A stretch of DNA of 64,000 nt from Stegostoma tigrinum (taxonomy: Eukaryota). Below the pieces are notes generated by a model, which did not search any database, was not told the DNA's origin, and was given only the letters and a program-made list of their open reading frames with translations. The stretch is from positions 20,606,629-20,670,628 of the forward strand of contig NC_081391.1 in assembly GCF_030684315.1 (NCBI RefSeq), written 5' to 3'. Of the stretch, positions 13,458 through 27,722 are shown piece after piece (position 1 is the first letter of the stretch; each line of letters opens with the position of its first letter). Position numbers and translations under genes: made by a program.

Positions 13458-13640
13458 ACTGCCAGCAGGGAGCAAGCTGCTTGTATTTATTACCATGAAA
13501 TGTGTAACTGAGGTATATGGAGTATGGCTTGTGATGTGCATAGTGACACCTGGTTCTATTGTAAAAATGTGCAATAATAAATCTGCTCCATATTGGACTG
13601 GATTCTGTCTCCTGGCTCAAGTACTACTTTCTGATCGAAG

Positions 13641-13941
13641 CATGGTGGCTCAGTGCTTAGCACTATGGCCTCAGTGCCAGGGGCTGGCTTAATTCCACGC
13701 TTTAACTGTCAATGTGGACTTTGCACACACACTCCATGTCTGTTTAGATTTCCTTGCAGGTGCTCTTGGTTACCTCTCACAGTCTAAAGATGTCCTGTCT
13801 AGGCTGGTAAACTGCCCCACTGTGTCCCAAGGATGTGCTGAATAGTTGGGTTATAGGGGATGGTGTCTGGGTGGGATACACAGGGTGGTGTGGATTTGGA
13901 GTCAAAAGGCCTGTTTCTACACTGTGTAGGGATTCTGATTC
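13641..13941 (+). mobile_element. tRNA-derived SINE
   Basis: A-box-like tggctcagtgcttagc, degenerate B box, CR1-like tail (ggcctgtttctacactgt...gattc); homologous to the copies at 17965, 20638 and 52700. Confidence 0.7.
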
Positions 13942-15374
13942 AATACTTTCAGCTTTCTAGATGTTTTGTACTTAATTGAACCCAAAGCTTGACTGTACCA
14001 TGCAATGATCACCAAAATGTGACAATGGTGCAATGTTCTGGTATGGCTCTGAAGCAAGTGTTTTTCTACTACCCTCCATGCATTGTATGTGACCTAAACT
14101 CCTCCCCAAAGCTGATTGGTTTGTCCAAATGGTCATGTCACTGCACCTCTTAAATGGCAGCCCTAGACAAGGAGGGAGCTGTTGGAGCCTAGCTGCCTGA
14201 ACAGTGCAGGGAGGTGACACTATGTCCAATTTGGACAAACATTGGCTTCTTAACCTCTGCCTCTAAGCAGTTTGTTGCACTAGAGGATAGTTTTCAAGTT
14301 TAAAAATGGGTGGTGATTTGATGGATGAATTTTCTACCATGCTAAATGGAAATGTATACTGACAAGGAGACATCGCTCAACCTGAATGGCTTCTTAACTC
14401 CTTTTTGGAATTCTGGTAAGCTCCCAGTGCTAAATGGTAAATGATCTGTGAACCTGTGTCCTGAGAACAGTGCCCCCTTTCTCCTTCTCCACCTCACCCA
14501 CCCCAACCCCACATATCTGGTCTGTACACAGAAATCAGTTGCTGTCTAGATTTAGGAGCTGAGCTAAGATGCTGCAAAAGCATACCATTTCAATCCTGTT
14601 CAGTCATGGTAAGAACTGATTTTTGCACCTCCAAAACAACAGATATTATTAACATCCTCAGTGAAAGGACAATTCTCCAGTCCAATTCCCTGATCTGGTC
14701 CAGTAGATTTAAAGTTTTTTTTTCACCCTTGGGGAAAGGTCAAGCAGTAGATGTTTGGTTTCTTTCTCCCCGCCCCCAACCCCCCGAAAAGCCAGTAACC
14801 ATACCTTCAATGAGGCTGAGCATTGTTATTTTGGGGGGGTTGGAATAATAGGTCAAACCAAATCAGCCTCCCTAAACCTGGACTCAACCAATAAAATGAA
14901 AACATTCTAAGATCCTCATTTGTCCAAATGTTTGGTTTTAAAAAAGTTTGTAAAACCTGGTTAAAAGAAAATCAGATAACTAAATTAACTTGCTTAAATT
15001 TTAAATTGGTGTGTAATTTTAGCAGAGTAAAGCTAAATATTGCAATCTCTCTAATTTAAGACCAATCTTTGATCGTAATTCACATGCTTAGATATATCTG
15101 AGGGATACATTGAAGAGAGTTTGTCAATCAGTTTTGACAGATGGTTGCAAGCCTTTCATTCAATCCTTGGATTATGAGTCATCTACAGGCACGCAGGACT
15201 GAGGATCTTCCTCAATTCTTATTTCAAAGGAAAATCTTTCTGTTGGAAAGTTTCACTCAGTGACTGGTGTTCTTCTCAAAGCTTCCACTAGAGAATAACT
15301 AAAACTCTATCTCGGAGCTTTTGCTAGCATGCTGGTTCCCTAGCAGAAATATCTGTTGTTACAGGATGCCCTGG

Positions 15375-16032
15375 GTCATGTAGTTAAACAGAGGCCATGG
15401 TTTCAGGTACGCAATTCATTGAAAGCTGTGTCACAGGTAGATGGCATATTTAAGAAAGCAGTCAGCACACTTGCCTTCGTTGCTCAGATCAACTGAGTAT
15501 AGGAGTTGGTGTATTGGTGAGGGGGTCTTGGAGTACCCTTTACCATTCTGGTCGCACTGAGTGGAAGGATATTATTAAACTGGAAAGTGTTCAGAAAAGA
15601 CTTGCTGGGACTGGAAGGTCTGAGTTATGATAGGTTGGGCCTTTTTTTCACTGGAGTAGGGGAAGCTCATAAAATCATGAGGGTCATGAATAAGGTAATA
15701 ACAAAGGTTTTTAACCCCCCCCCCCCCCGCCCCAGGGCAGGCAAGCTCAAAAATAAAAGGTATATTTTTAAGGTGAGAGGAGAAAGATTTAAAAGGGATC
15801 GGAGGGGCAATTGTTTCACAGAGGGGCTGTTTCGTGTGTGGAATGAACTGCCAGAGGGAGTGGCAGATGCAGGTACAGTTGTGATATTTCAAAGACATTT
15901 GGACAGCGTCATACATAGAAAAGGTTTAAAGGGACATGGGCCACACGCAGACAAATGGGATTACTTTAGTTTGGAACACTTTGCCAAGTTAAGCCGAAGG
16001 GTCTGTTTCTGTGCTGTATGGCTCCATGGCGC
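15375..16032 (+). mobile_element. Decayed CR1 3' fragment, at the position paralogous to 7410-8055
   Basis: GLEGLSYDRLGLF...FKVRGERFK...WNELPE; the downstream flank matches the one after 8055. Confidence 0.85.
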
Positions 16033-16563
16033 TGCCTTCTGCTGAAAAAAAGCCATCAGAGCCTGGTCAATCTTTGGTTTCTCAATTTTTCCAGCATTCC
16101 TTCTGCATGGCTGGTTGGCACTGGCCAAACTTTTGTTGTCCTTTTTAACATCCAAGCTCTGCCAGTCCTTGAACATAATGTGCCCCAGGAGTCTAAATGT
16201 GCAGACTGCCCTCTGACAGGGATGGTTATAAATTCCGCGATATATTTTCTGTTTGGTGGGTCAGTAGGTGGTATCTCTCCCAAGAGGCCAGTGCCTGGAT
16301 GAGGATTGGTCACTCAGACGCCCCTCTTTGTTGCATCCCACTGAACCCAGCGTTTAACCTCAAGGGAACAGTTCTCATCCCCTCATCCAGGAATTGAACT
16401 GCTACGATTAATCCAGACATTAACATGGGAGATTCATGAGGAACAGTGCTGATACACAAGAACCACAGGTCGAGGCAAGTTGTTAAGTTCTAGAGCTCAC
16501 AACCTGAACCAACAGCAGAACCAGATTAAATAGTGACTTTCAGGTATATGTTGGACATGTACA

Positions 16564-17070
16564 TGGTATGGACCAGGCCAAACCCCCTTGAAATATGTTA
16601 AGACAATGGCCTAAACGCTAATATTTCTTATTTTAACAGCAAATGCCCGGCAATGCATTCCAGCTGCAATTTTATCAGTAATGCTACTAGTCTTGAAGCA
16701 AAACACTTTATCAATATACTATATTTAAAATACAACAAAAGAAAGAAGAAATTGGAATAACTTAGCTCTACTGGAAAACTTAACAGAAAGAATAGATTAT
16801 TTAACTGTTTAGAAACAGTAACTGTTTCCATATAGTAAAATCCTGTAAACACACCCTTGGCAAAGACTAATTCAGTGAAACAGATTGTCTCACAGGTACC
16901 TCTAGCAGCAGGAAGTGAAACCTCAGCTTTTAGCTGCAACAAAGAGAGGAAAAACAGCTTCCACATTCAGCTCAAGACCCCAGTAGCAACTACCATGGAA
17001 AAAAATCAGAAACTAAAAACCCTTGTTCTAGGGAGCTTGACCCCACCCATTCAGGCTGCTTCTATTATTT
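16564..17070. mobile_element. Truncated paralogous copy of the solo-LTR-like element
   Basis: Collinear with 8948-8990 plus 9640-10100, at the same insertion site in the duplicated spacer. Confidence 0.6.
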
Positions 17071-17384
17071 AAATTGGATTCAAGACAACTTCGTTCCTTA
17101 GAGTTTTGTAGCATGTCCAAAGCTCCTCAAGTGACAAACTTGATCAGGTTATGAAAGCTGCTCCAGCAAAAGTAACAAGTTGTCCAGAAATTCAAAGATG
17201 TGGTTTGGCAGGGTTAAACAGGGAGACACTTGCAGACTCTGAAATAACTTCAACATGAACCAAATGTCAAAATTCAAAGTTATGGTTCCAGAATCTTAGA
17301 TACTTTTGAATCTCAATATGTTCCATTGAGCTAAATCAGTGGTTATGACTGAGATTAAACTCCCAAATCTCACTGTATTCTTAA

Positions 17385-17611
17385 TCTCTGGCTCCCAGTC
17401 CCACCTCCACAGCCACTTTGGACTCTCCTTTATTCATTGGTGACTAGATTGATGGAGATTCCTCATTGGCTATCAGGGATTGTCAGTCATCGTGGCTGTT
17501 TTCAATCCCTGGTTGGGTGAAGGATGGCCCCAGGAGTATAAACACAAGAGCTTGTGGGAGAGAGGCTCAGTTTTAGAGTTGTCTTGGTGATAGTGAGCAG
17601 GAATAGTGAAG
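17385..17611 (+). promoter_or_regulatory. Promoter of copy 3
   Basis: Two ATTGG boxes and TATAAA at 17537; same architecture as the other copies. Confidence 0.65.
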
Positions 17612-17964
17612 ATGGCCTCCCAAGTGTGTCAGAACTACCACAAGGACTGTGAGGATGCTGTTAACAAGCAGATCAACCTGGAGCTCTATTCCTCCTATGT
17701 TTATCTCTCCATGATGAGTGTGGTGATCTTTGCTGTTTTCTGAAATGTTGTGATTTCAATGGATTGAAGTTCTCTTGACGCTGTTTCTTGGGATGGGGTG
17801 TAAGGGCAAGTCTTTATGGAGTGTTTCTAGAGTGAAATACAGGGTAATAGTAAATAAACTGTACCTGGCAGCAGCTGTCTTCTGTTGAGGCATAATGGAA
17901 AAAAACCACTTGTATATCATCTGGATCTCCCGCCCCCCCCCTCCCAATTTGCCCCTAATTGGGG

Positions 17965-18200
17965 TGATACGGTGACTCAGGGGTTAGCATTGTTGTCTCT
18001 CAGACCCAGGTGCCTGAGTTTGATTCTGAGTTTGGTGTCTGTGTATTTTTTGTATATTACTCCCATACCTGCCTTAATGTCTGTGGATTTCCTCCTGCTC
18101 TCCAAAGATGTTCAGATGAGGTGGATTGTCCATGCAACATGCAGGGTTATAGGGTGGGAGATGGGTCTGGGTGGGATGGTCTATGTTCTAACTTTCTCTA
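17965..18200 (+). mobile_element. tRNA-derived SINE in intron 1 of copy 3
   Basis: cggtgactcaggggttagca...gagtttgattc, with the SINE body ctcctgctctccaaagatg. Confidence 0.65.
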
Positions 18201-18464
18201 TTGGGATTAGAAACTTCTCAGTGGGGTGCTGAAGTGAAATGTTGGCAGATTGCTGTTACCTTATTCCTTCTGTCTAACTCCACTCTGTTCTCAGTTCTGA
18301 CCAATGCTGGCTTTAAAAGCACAAAAGGAATCCACCTCCACTATATTGGAATATCTGAAAGTGCTTTGTGGAACAAATTGCTTTCTGTTGGGTTAATATC
18401 CAATTATGCCTGAGTTTCAGACCCTAATTTGTCTGTAGTATGGTCTGTATGATGATGCTGTAAT

Positions 18465-18827
18465 CCAGTGACTTTCAGTCACACTGATTTTAAACTTACG
18501 CAGACATGTTCCCAATGACTTTCAGTCATACTGATTTTAAACTGACGCAGACATGTTCCCAGTGACTTTCAGTCACACTGATTTTAAACTGACGCAGACA
18601 TGTTCCCAGTGACTTTCAGTCACACTGATTTTAAACTTACGCAGACATGTTCCCAGTGACTTTCAGTCACACTGATTTTAAACTGACGCAGACATGTTCC
18701 CAGTGACTTTCAGTCACACTGATTTTAAACTTACGCAGACATGTTCCCAGTGACTTTCAGTCACACTGATTTTAAACTTACGCAGACATGTTCCCAGTGA
18801 CTTTCAGTCACACTGATTTTAAACTTA
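18465..18827. repeat. 47-bp minisatellite, about 7.7 copies
   Basis: Unit CAGTGACTTTCAGTCACACTGATTTTAAACT(T/G)ACGCAGACATGTTCC starts at 18466, 18513, 18560, 18607, 18654, 18701, 18748 and 18795. Confidence 0.97.
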
Positions 18828-19638
18828 TCAGGGCCATGCAAAGAAGCTCCTATTTGCTAACTTTCAATTTGCTTGAATGGACAGATAAACGAACACCAAA
18901 GTGATGGCGTCTAGGAGCTTTTGCAAGTGCATATTCTAGGCACGTGGCATAATCCCAGTCTAGATTTGGACTTGCAATGAAGGGTAGGAATGAGTGTCAA
19001 TGTTGTTTGACAGTTAACTTTTTGTATTTAGATGAATTTGCTACGTGGGGGTAAATACAATCTACAAATACATACAGGCTCATCACTTCAATTCTCTTCC
19101 CACAGTCCTTCTACTTTGACCGGGATGACGTTGCCCTGCGTCACTTTGCTCAGTTCTTCAAGGAGCAGTCCCATGAGGAACGGGAACATGCTGAGAAACT
19201 GATGGCATTCCAGAATAAACGTGGAGGCCGAGTCCTCCTGCAGGACATCAAGGTTGGGCTCAATAGAATGAGTGGCCTTTCTGCCTCGGTTCCTTTTGCT
19301 TTCCTCTTATCCTTTTAAGGATTTTGAAATAGGTTTAACTTGGTGATCTTAGCTTTTTTTCCCCTAGCCCTGGACATTAATATGCCTCATTTTTCCTTTT
19401 TAAAATCCTCACATGGTTTTATTTTAATCCATGTGTTAATGAACTTCCCTCCTTCCAGAAGCCAGAGCAGGATGAGTAGGGCAATGGTCTGGAGGCAATG
19501 CAGAGAGCTCTGCAGATGGAGAAGGATGTGAACCAGAGTCTGCTGGATCTGCACAAACTCGCCTCTGGCCACACGGACCCTCATGTGAGTTCTTGTTTGA
19601 GATCAGACAGTAGTCCTTTAAATTGAATTCCTGTTTGA

Positions 19639-19965
<327 letters not shown>

Positions 19966-20637
19966 TGAACTGACTACAGGGAGCAAACTGCTGTTGTGTG
20001 CAACATGGAGACAATATCCTTGCGTATCAGATCTGGATAGTATTGTGATTTTAATCACACAATGTAAATAAACTCAATATTGGACAAGGTTTGGCCTCCC
20101 TGTTTGACTTCATTTGTACGCCATAACATGAGCATTGGATCTGTGCACCAACATTGAGGCACAAGTTAGTGTAACAGCATATCTCCCAGATCTTGACATT
20201 CAATGTCAATTCCCAGTTTGAATCCATTCCCTTGGATGTGAACAGTTATTGTTGCTCACTAGCCTTGGCTTCACAAACTGCGCTGTATGGCATAAAAGGG
20301 ACACAGCACAAACAGTTACAGAATCTCATGGAAGACTGCCAAGCCTAGAATAAGCAGGTTGGCCTCGTGTGGATACAAATTGTTAACAATGCTGATTCAC
20401 CACTTACTCTGTTTATTTTAAAGCATACTTTCCATGCTCCTTCCCAGGTCCCCTTAGAAAGTTAACTTCTAGTCACTAAATAGGTCTGTTTTTTTTTTCT
20501 TGTTCCCCCCCCCCCCCGCCTCCACTACCCCCCCACCCCACCAATCTGACTTGTTCAGAGTCCCAGCTGCTAGAATGCAATCCCTCGTTGACCAGGAAGA
20601 AATTCTACCGCCCTCATGAAAGAAACTTAACTCCCTC

Positions 20638-20928
20638 CATGGTTAGCGTAGCTGCTTCACAGCCCCAGGGACCTGAGTTTGATTCCAACCTCAAGCGACT
20701 GTGCAAACTACACACAGACACATTCTTCCTTTGTGTGGGTTTTCTCTGGGTGCTCTGGTTTCCTCCCACAGTCCAAAGACATGCAGGTGAGGCGCATTGG
20801 CCGGGTTAAATTGCCCTAAGTATCTAAGGTGGGAAATATAGGGATGGTGTACTGGGTGGGATGCTCCTTGGATGGTTGGTGAGGATGCAGTGAGCTGAAT
20901 AGCCTGTCTCCTGACTGTAAGGATTCTT
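20638..20928 (+). mobile_element. tRNA-derived SINE
   Basis: tggttagcgtagctgcttcacagccccagggacctgagtttgattcc...ggtttcctcccacagtccaaagac. Confidence 0.75.
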
Positions 20929-21849
20929 CATTTAGAAGTAGTCTTATCGAAGCAGTGAGGTGTTTCAGAGCCCTTCTGACCTCCACTTATCTTGGAGTGC
21001 CTGTGGAACTGCAGGCTGGTACCATTCCTTGACAAGGTGGATTGTTTTCTGTAAAGTCCATAGGAAATAACTCCGTTAAATATTTTACCTTGCCTTACCC
21101 TAAACACATTCTGTAAAATCAGTCTTTAAACAAGGCAGTAGCAGCAACTGTTTGCCGTGGGCACACTTTATGACTGGATAACTTTACCAAGATGAGAATC
21201 GCTCTTTTTCCATGCCATTTTTTTATTTGTATCCATTTATTTCATTCCATCCTCTCGATGCAAAAGTTGGGGTTACAGCTGTAACTAGCCAGTGCCTGAG
21301 ATCATTTAGGACTTGGTTAAACCTGCAGAATTTCTCAATCTACCTTTAGCCATATGTCGCAAAGTGTTTCCACTTCTGAAGTAAGGTTCCGGGGTTCAAG
21401 GCCTTTTGATTTCATCGTAGGATTAAAAACTTTTGTGGGAGAAAGATGCTTCTTACTAGCTTGTGGTTTTAAACATCTATCACCATTTTTTTTCTGTGCA
21501 AGAAGTTACAGAATTCAACCAGTGTAAAGGATAATCAATAAGTTTCCCAACTCCAGTCTGGTGTCTCTCAGTTTGGACAGTCACTTATGACCACTGGACA
21601 TTCACTGCACGTTGTCCTTTTCAATCAGATCAAGTAAAATTAAACAGTACACTTTCTGTTCAAGTGGGTCAACTATACATAGTGGTGGTATCTCTCCTCA
21701 CAGCATCATATCTAGGTTAATTGACTCAAGATATAATGACATGTCCCCAGTCTTGCCAATCCAAATTGTGTGAAGTATTGGTTCAAGCTGTCAATTCAGG
21801 GCAAATTTCAAGAGGGAGGAAATCTACACTTAATGTTAAAGCACTTCAG

Positions 21850-23250
21850 ACCTGCTAAAAGAAATGCAGAGGCTAGAAAGAACCTACTTATAGCAAAGAG
21901 CAAAAATAATATTACGAGAAAGTTTTAAGTTTGATCGGCCAAATCGAATATAGAATTCAAACTTCCAAGCTAGATACTAAATCAAAAGCTGAAAAATAAA
22001 TTCTCATTTACATTCATTGGCCTACATTATTCTGTTGGGCTGTAATCTGTGAGGACAGATTTCTGGTGAAATTCTATGAGATTTCAGTATTGACCTTCAC
22101 CTTAAAACTAGTTTAGAAAGTCTTCAAAGAAGAAAATTGAACAGATGAGATCAACGTTTGGCGAATCCATAGATAATCTCATTATTGATCCCGACACATG
22201 AATTGAAAAGTTAAATTTCCATTTACAAGTGGCAGAATTTTTATTGGAATTACTGATTAACCTTTGTCGGACTTATTACAGTCCAAAAATTTGATATTGG
22301 GGAAAGCCATTCAGGTGATGAGTGGGGCATAATCCCAGAACACCACAAGGGGGAGGAGATCAACTTATGTTATGAGATTTGCAGAATCTATGCACTCAAG
22401 GTAGAAGATACACGTGAGAAGACATTTCAAAGAATAGTTTACATAGCAGATACTAAGAGTTTGTTATTGTTGTGAAGGTAAGAAACCTCATGGGCACAAG
22501 TAGTGACCAGCTATTTAAATAAAAAAACATATGCCTGTAAAACGATAGTTATTTCCAGAAGATGTACAGCATCATTAGATACACAGCAGCAAAGGTCAAA
22601 GATATTTCATGACCTACAGTCCACAGCAACTAGCAAATGAAGAAACATCCAATACATTCCCAGTTGGAATTGATGATCCAACCAATACATTTTGGTGAGT
22701 GGCAATTCATTTCAATGGATAAGCCAGCAAGTGTGACCATATCAGAGTTAATGTTAAGATCGGGATTATCAGATCATATACTATGGGTGAAAAATAGTAT
22801 TTGCAACCTGCAACAGTGCACCTACTTGGTCCAGGAGGCATACCACTTAAGTTGAAGGGCAACTCTGTAAAAGAAATAAAGAAGAAAATGTACACACATT
22901 TCACAATTGAATTCTCACTCTTTACTGTGAATGAAGGTCTTGACTTAAACATTACTCAAATAGTAAAGGAATTGCAATTGATAGTGAACAGATTGAATGA
23001 CAGTCAATTATGCCAAGCATCTTTGAAGAAAGGCTACAACAGATCAAGGAGCAGCCTGTTATGGAATCTCAGGTCAAGGAAATGTCAATCATTGAATAAG
23101 AAACTGCTGGACATCCAGTACAAGAAGTCATTCAGCTTTCTGGGCTCATTACGGAATTCCAGAAATAGAGAAACTACTGGGATTAATAAGGTTAATTATC
23201 AGAGAATTGTTTCATACTGTCACTACGATAGGGATTTGTGACTATGTAGC
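21850..23250 (+). mobile_element. Heavily decayed LTR-element / ERV-like gag-pol remnant
   Basis: A-rich + strand. Fragments LWVKN..VHLLGP, IVNRLND..ASLKK and KKSFSFLGS resemble retroviral RT motifs in the expected order. Recognised by eye only. Confidence 0.45.
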
Positions 23251-23258
23251 ATTCGCAG

Positions 23259-23647
23259 TATTATGGACCAGACCAGACCCATCAAAATGCTTCAAGAAAG
23301 TAGACTCAGCCCTAACATTTTCTGATTGTAAAGGTAAATGTCAGTTGCTGTGTTTCAAATGTAATTTGTTTGGCCAAACTACTTGATGTTAAGCAAAACA
23401 GTTTATTCATACAATGTAGTTAAAATAAAACAAAAGAAAAAAATGAAGAAGAGAACTAGCTTTGATCAAACTCTGTTAGAATGCTTCAGAAAATAATAGA
23501 TATAGTTACTATTATTAAATAACCCTATCCAATATAGCAACATCCCATAAACACACACTTGGCAAAAGGAAAATTCATGACCTGGATTGTCTCACATGCA
23601 GTTCTCCGATCCATGAGGAAAGAACATCAAAAGATAATTCTGAGAGA

Positions 23648-23691
<44 letters not shown>

Positions 23692-24402
23692 TCCAGTGTT
23701 TAACTGCTGCAAAGAGAGATGTGACAGCTTTTCACAATGCTAACTGTTTCTCACCTTGATGAGCCTGTTACAGCAACTGCTGCAAAAATCCCTGGTCCTT
23801 TGGGCAAGAGCTTGACCATATCTGTTCAGTTGTTCTATTGTTTCAACTTTAAAACAAACACTTAAAGCTTCACAGAGAGAGAGTAAGAACTGCTGATGCT
23901 GGAGTCAGTGATAACACAGCTGGAGGAGCACTTTACCAGTTTACCAAAAGGACTGTGCCAGTTTCAAAATCTCCTCACCCCCTCCCTAATTCCATGACCA
24001 ACCCTCCCTCTCATCCCCGCCTCCTTGACCTGACACAACCTGTCCACCTTTTCTCCAACCTATCTGCTCCTCCCACCTCACTGACCAATCCCCACCACTC
24101 CCTAACTATGCTCACCTATCACCATCCCACCTTCCTTCCCCTGCCCCATCCCTCCTCTCTCTCTATTTGTTTCCAGCTCCCTTCCTCCCCATTTCAGACG
24201 AAGGGTCCTGGCCCAAAATGTTGACTTTCCTGCTCCTCTGATGCTGCCTGGCCTGCTGTGCTCCTCCAGCTCCACATTGCGTTACCTAAAACTTCAAGAG
24301 TTGTTTATCTACTCATAGACTGCTCATCCCCTGTTCCCCAATGTCTCTTTAAGAGGAACCAGGACAAAACACACCAGTTAAAGCCACAGCAGCATCTTAG
24401 CA
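23259..24402. mobile_element. Third solo-LTR-like copy, with a nested Penelope-derived repeat (about 23885-24285)
   Basis: tattatggaccagaccagaccc...ccaggacaaaacacac, collinear with 8948-10243. Confidence 0.6.
23642..23688. repeat. (GA)n microsatellite
   Basis: About 23 GA units with one GT interruption. Confidence 0.95.
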
Positions 24403-25265
24403 GCAATGTTTTCCAATCCTATCAACACTAAAGATAGTTTAGATGACAAAAATCTGCAAAGGGATAAAAAGGTCCTCGGTGGAAGGAGACCGCAGGCACC
24501 ATTCAGGGCCATGATCAGAATCAAGGTCAGCAGTCCTCAAGCCAAAGTCCTGCTCATCCTCCACATTGGAGGAGATTGCTTTCTGAAAGCTAAATGAAAG
24601 TTCCAGATTGCCTGGGTTTGTGAAGAGAGATATTGAGAAGAGATGGAGTCATGTTCATTGTTATTATATTTGAGAATGCATAACGGTACGTTATGGGATA
24701 AAATCTTGGAAGGAGATGTTGTAGACAGTAATGGTTCTGAAAGATTAAATGCTGAACCCCACATTAAGCTCTATCTAATCTAACGATGTCACAGGATTTG
24801 TGCGGGGAATGGCTGAACAGTCCTGTATCGTGAAGGGGACAGCCTTGTCTTCTTCACTGAAACAATTTTTGTTGTTATGCAATAAGCTACATCTTATTTA
24901 AAACTCTTCTTATTTAAAATGAGGATCTTCTCATTAGCCTTCCGGTGATGTTCCACCACAACACTAGACAAAGATTCGATACCAACCTAAATGGAGCATA
25001 CTGTTGTGTCATGGCTCACAGTCAGTACACCTTGAAGAGACATGCTTAAGACGTCACCATTGTATCATGGAACATGACCCGAGGGTATAAAGGTCTCAGA
25101 GTCCAGCTTACTGAGGATCACCTCAAGCATGACGCTCTACTTGAAGCACTTCTGTGCTATGTAGCCCAGATACTTATGTGCTTCTAAATGTCATGTTTAC
25201 ATAAAATAGCGAGCTGTTGGATTTACTTAATACCACAACAACTGCGTTGAGGTCATTCTGTTACA

Positions 25266-25394
25266 GGATGGACAAGCATATGGACGTACATGGAATAGTG
25301 TAGGTTAGGTGGTCTTCAGATTGGTACGACAGGTCGGCACAACATCGAGGGCCGAAGGGCCTGTACTGTGCTGTAATGTTCTATGTTCTATGTT
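25266..25394 (+). mobile_element. Short CR1 3'-end insertion
   Basis: tggacaagcatatggacgtacatgg...gagggccgaagggcctgtactgtgctgtaatgttctatgttctatgtt. Confidence 0.8.
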
Positions 25395-25794
25395 AGGACA
25401 TACCATAAGCATTGCTACATCAGGTAAAACACTTTGCCAAGATCAAGCCTCACATCAGACGATGGCTGTAAACTGACCACATATCGTCCAATATTGTTTG
25501 CCCAAAGATTGAGTACAGCTGCATCCAACCAACAAACAGAACTTTGATGCAAGGGGACAAATTGCATCAGCTCATCCAGGACTTAACCACTTTGACTTTG
25601 ATCTATGGGCTCAGAGAGGTCACAGCCACATGAGGCAAAAGAACCAAATTAGGTCAAATTAGGAAAAAACAGTGTCATTGGAATAATTTTTTTTTCGCTC
25701 TAATCATTCCTATCTCTCTATCTAAAAGCAAAAAAAGAACAGCTAGTTTAGGGCATGTACAGGATCAATTATGCCAAAATGTCTCTTTGTTCCA

Positions 25795-26026
25795 AATCTC
25801 TGAATGGCTCTGGGTCTCAGCTCCACCCCACGGCCCCTTCTCCTTTGTTCATTGGTGCCTGGATTCATGGAGATTCCTGATTGGCTGTCAGAGATTGTCA
25901 ATTGTCATTGATGATGTCATTCTCTGATTGAGTGCAGATTGTTCCCAGGAGTATAAATGCAAGACCTTATGAGAAAAAGGGTCTGTTCCAGAGTTGTCTA
26001 GCTAATACTGAATAGGAAAAGTGAAG
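25795..26026 (+). promoter_or_regulatory. Promoter of copy 4
   Basis: ATTGG boxes, TGATGTCA, GAGTGCA 25930, TATAAA 25952. Confidence 0.75.

Positions 26027-27722
<1,696 letters not shown>

Noticed and set aside
18465-18827. Palindromic repeat array resembling a CRISPR array
   Set aside because: Units are contiguous with no unique spacers, there are no cas genes, and the context is a vertebrate intron; it is a minisatellite.
20049-20072. CPE-like TTTTAAT just upstream of AATAAA in the copy 3 3' UTR
   Set aside because: Seen only in a pseudogene and not in the intact copies; expected by chance in AT-rich UTRs.
25002-25418. Possible LTR (TG start, TATAAA at about 25086, CA end) of the decayed ERV-like element
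   Set aside because: No second LTR copy, PBS or clear TSD is visible, so the boundaries cannot be supported.
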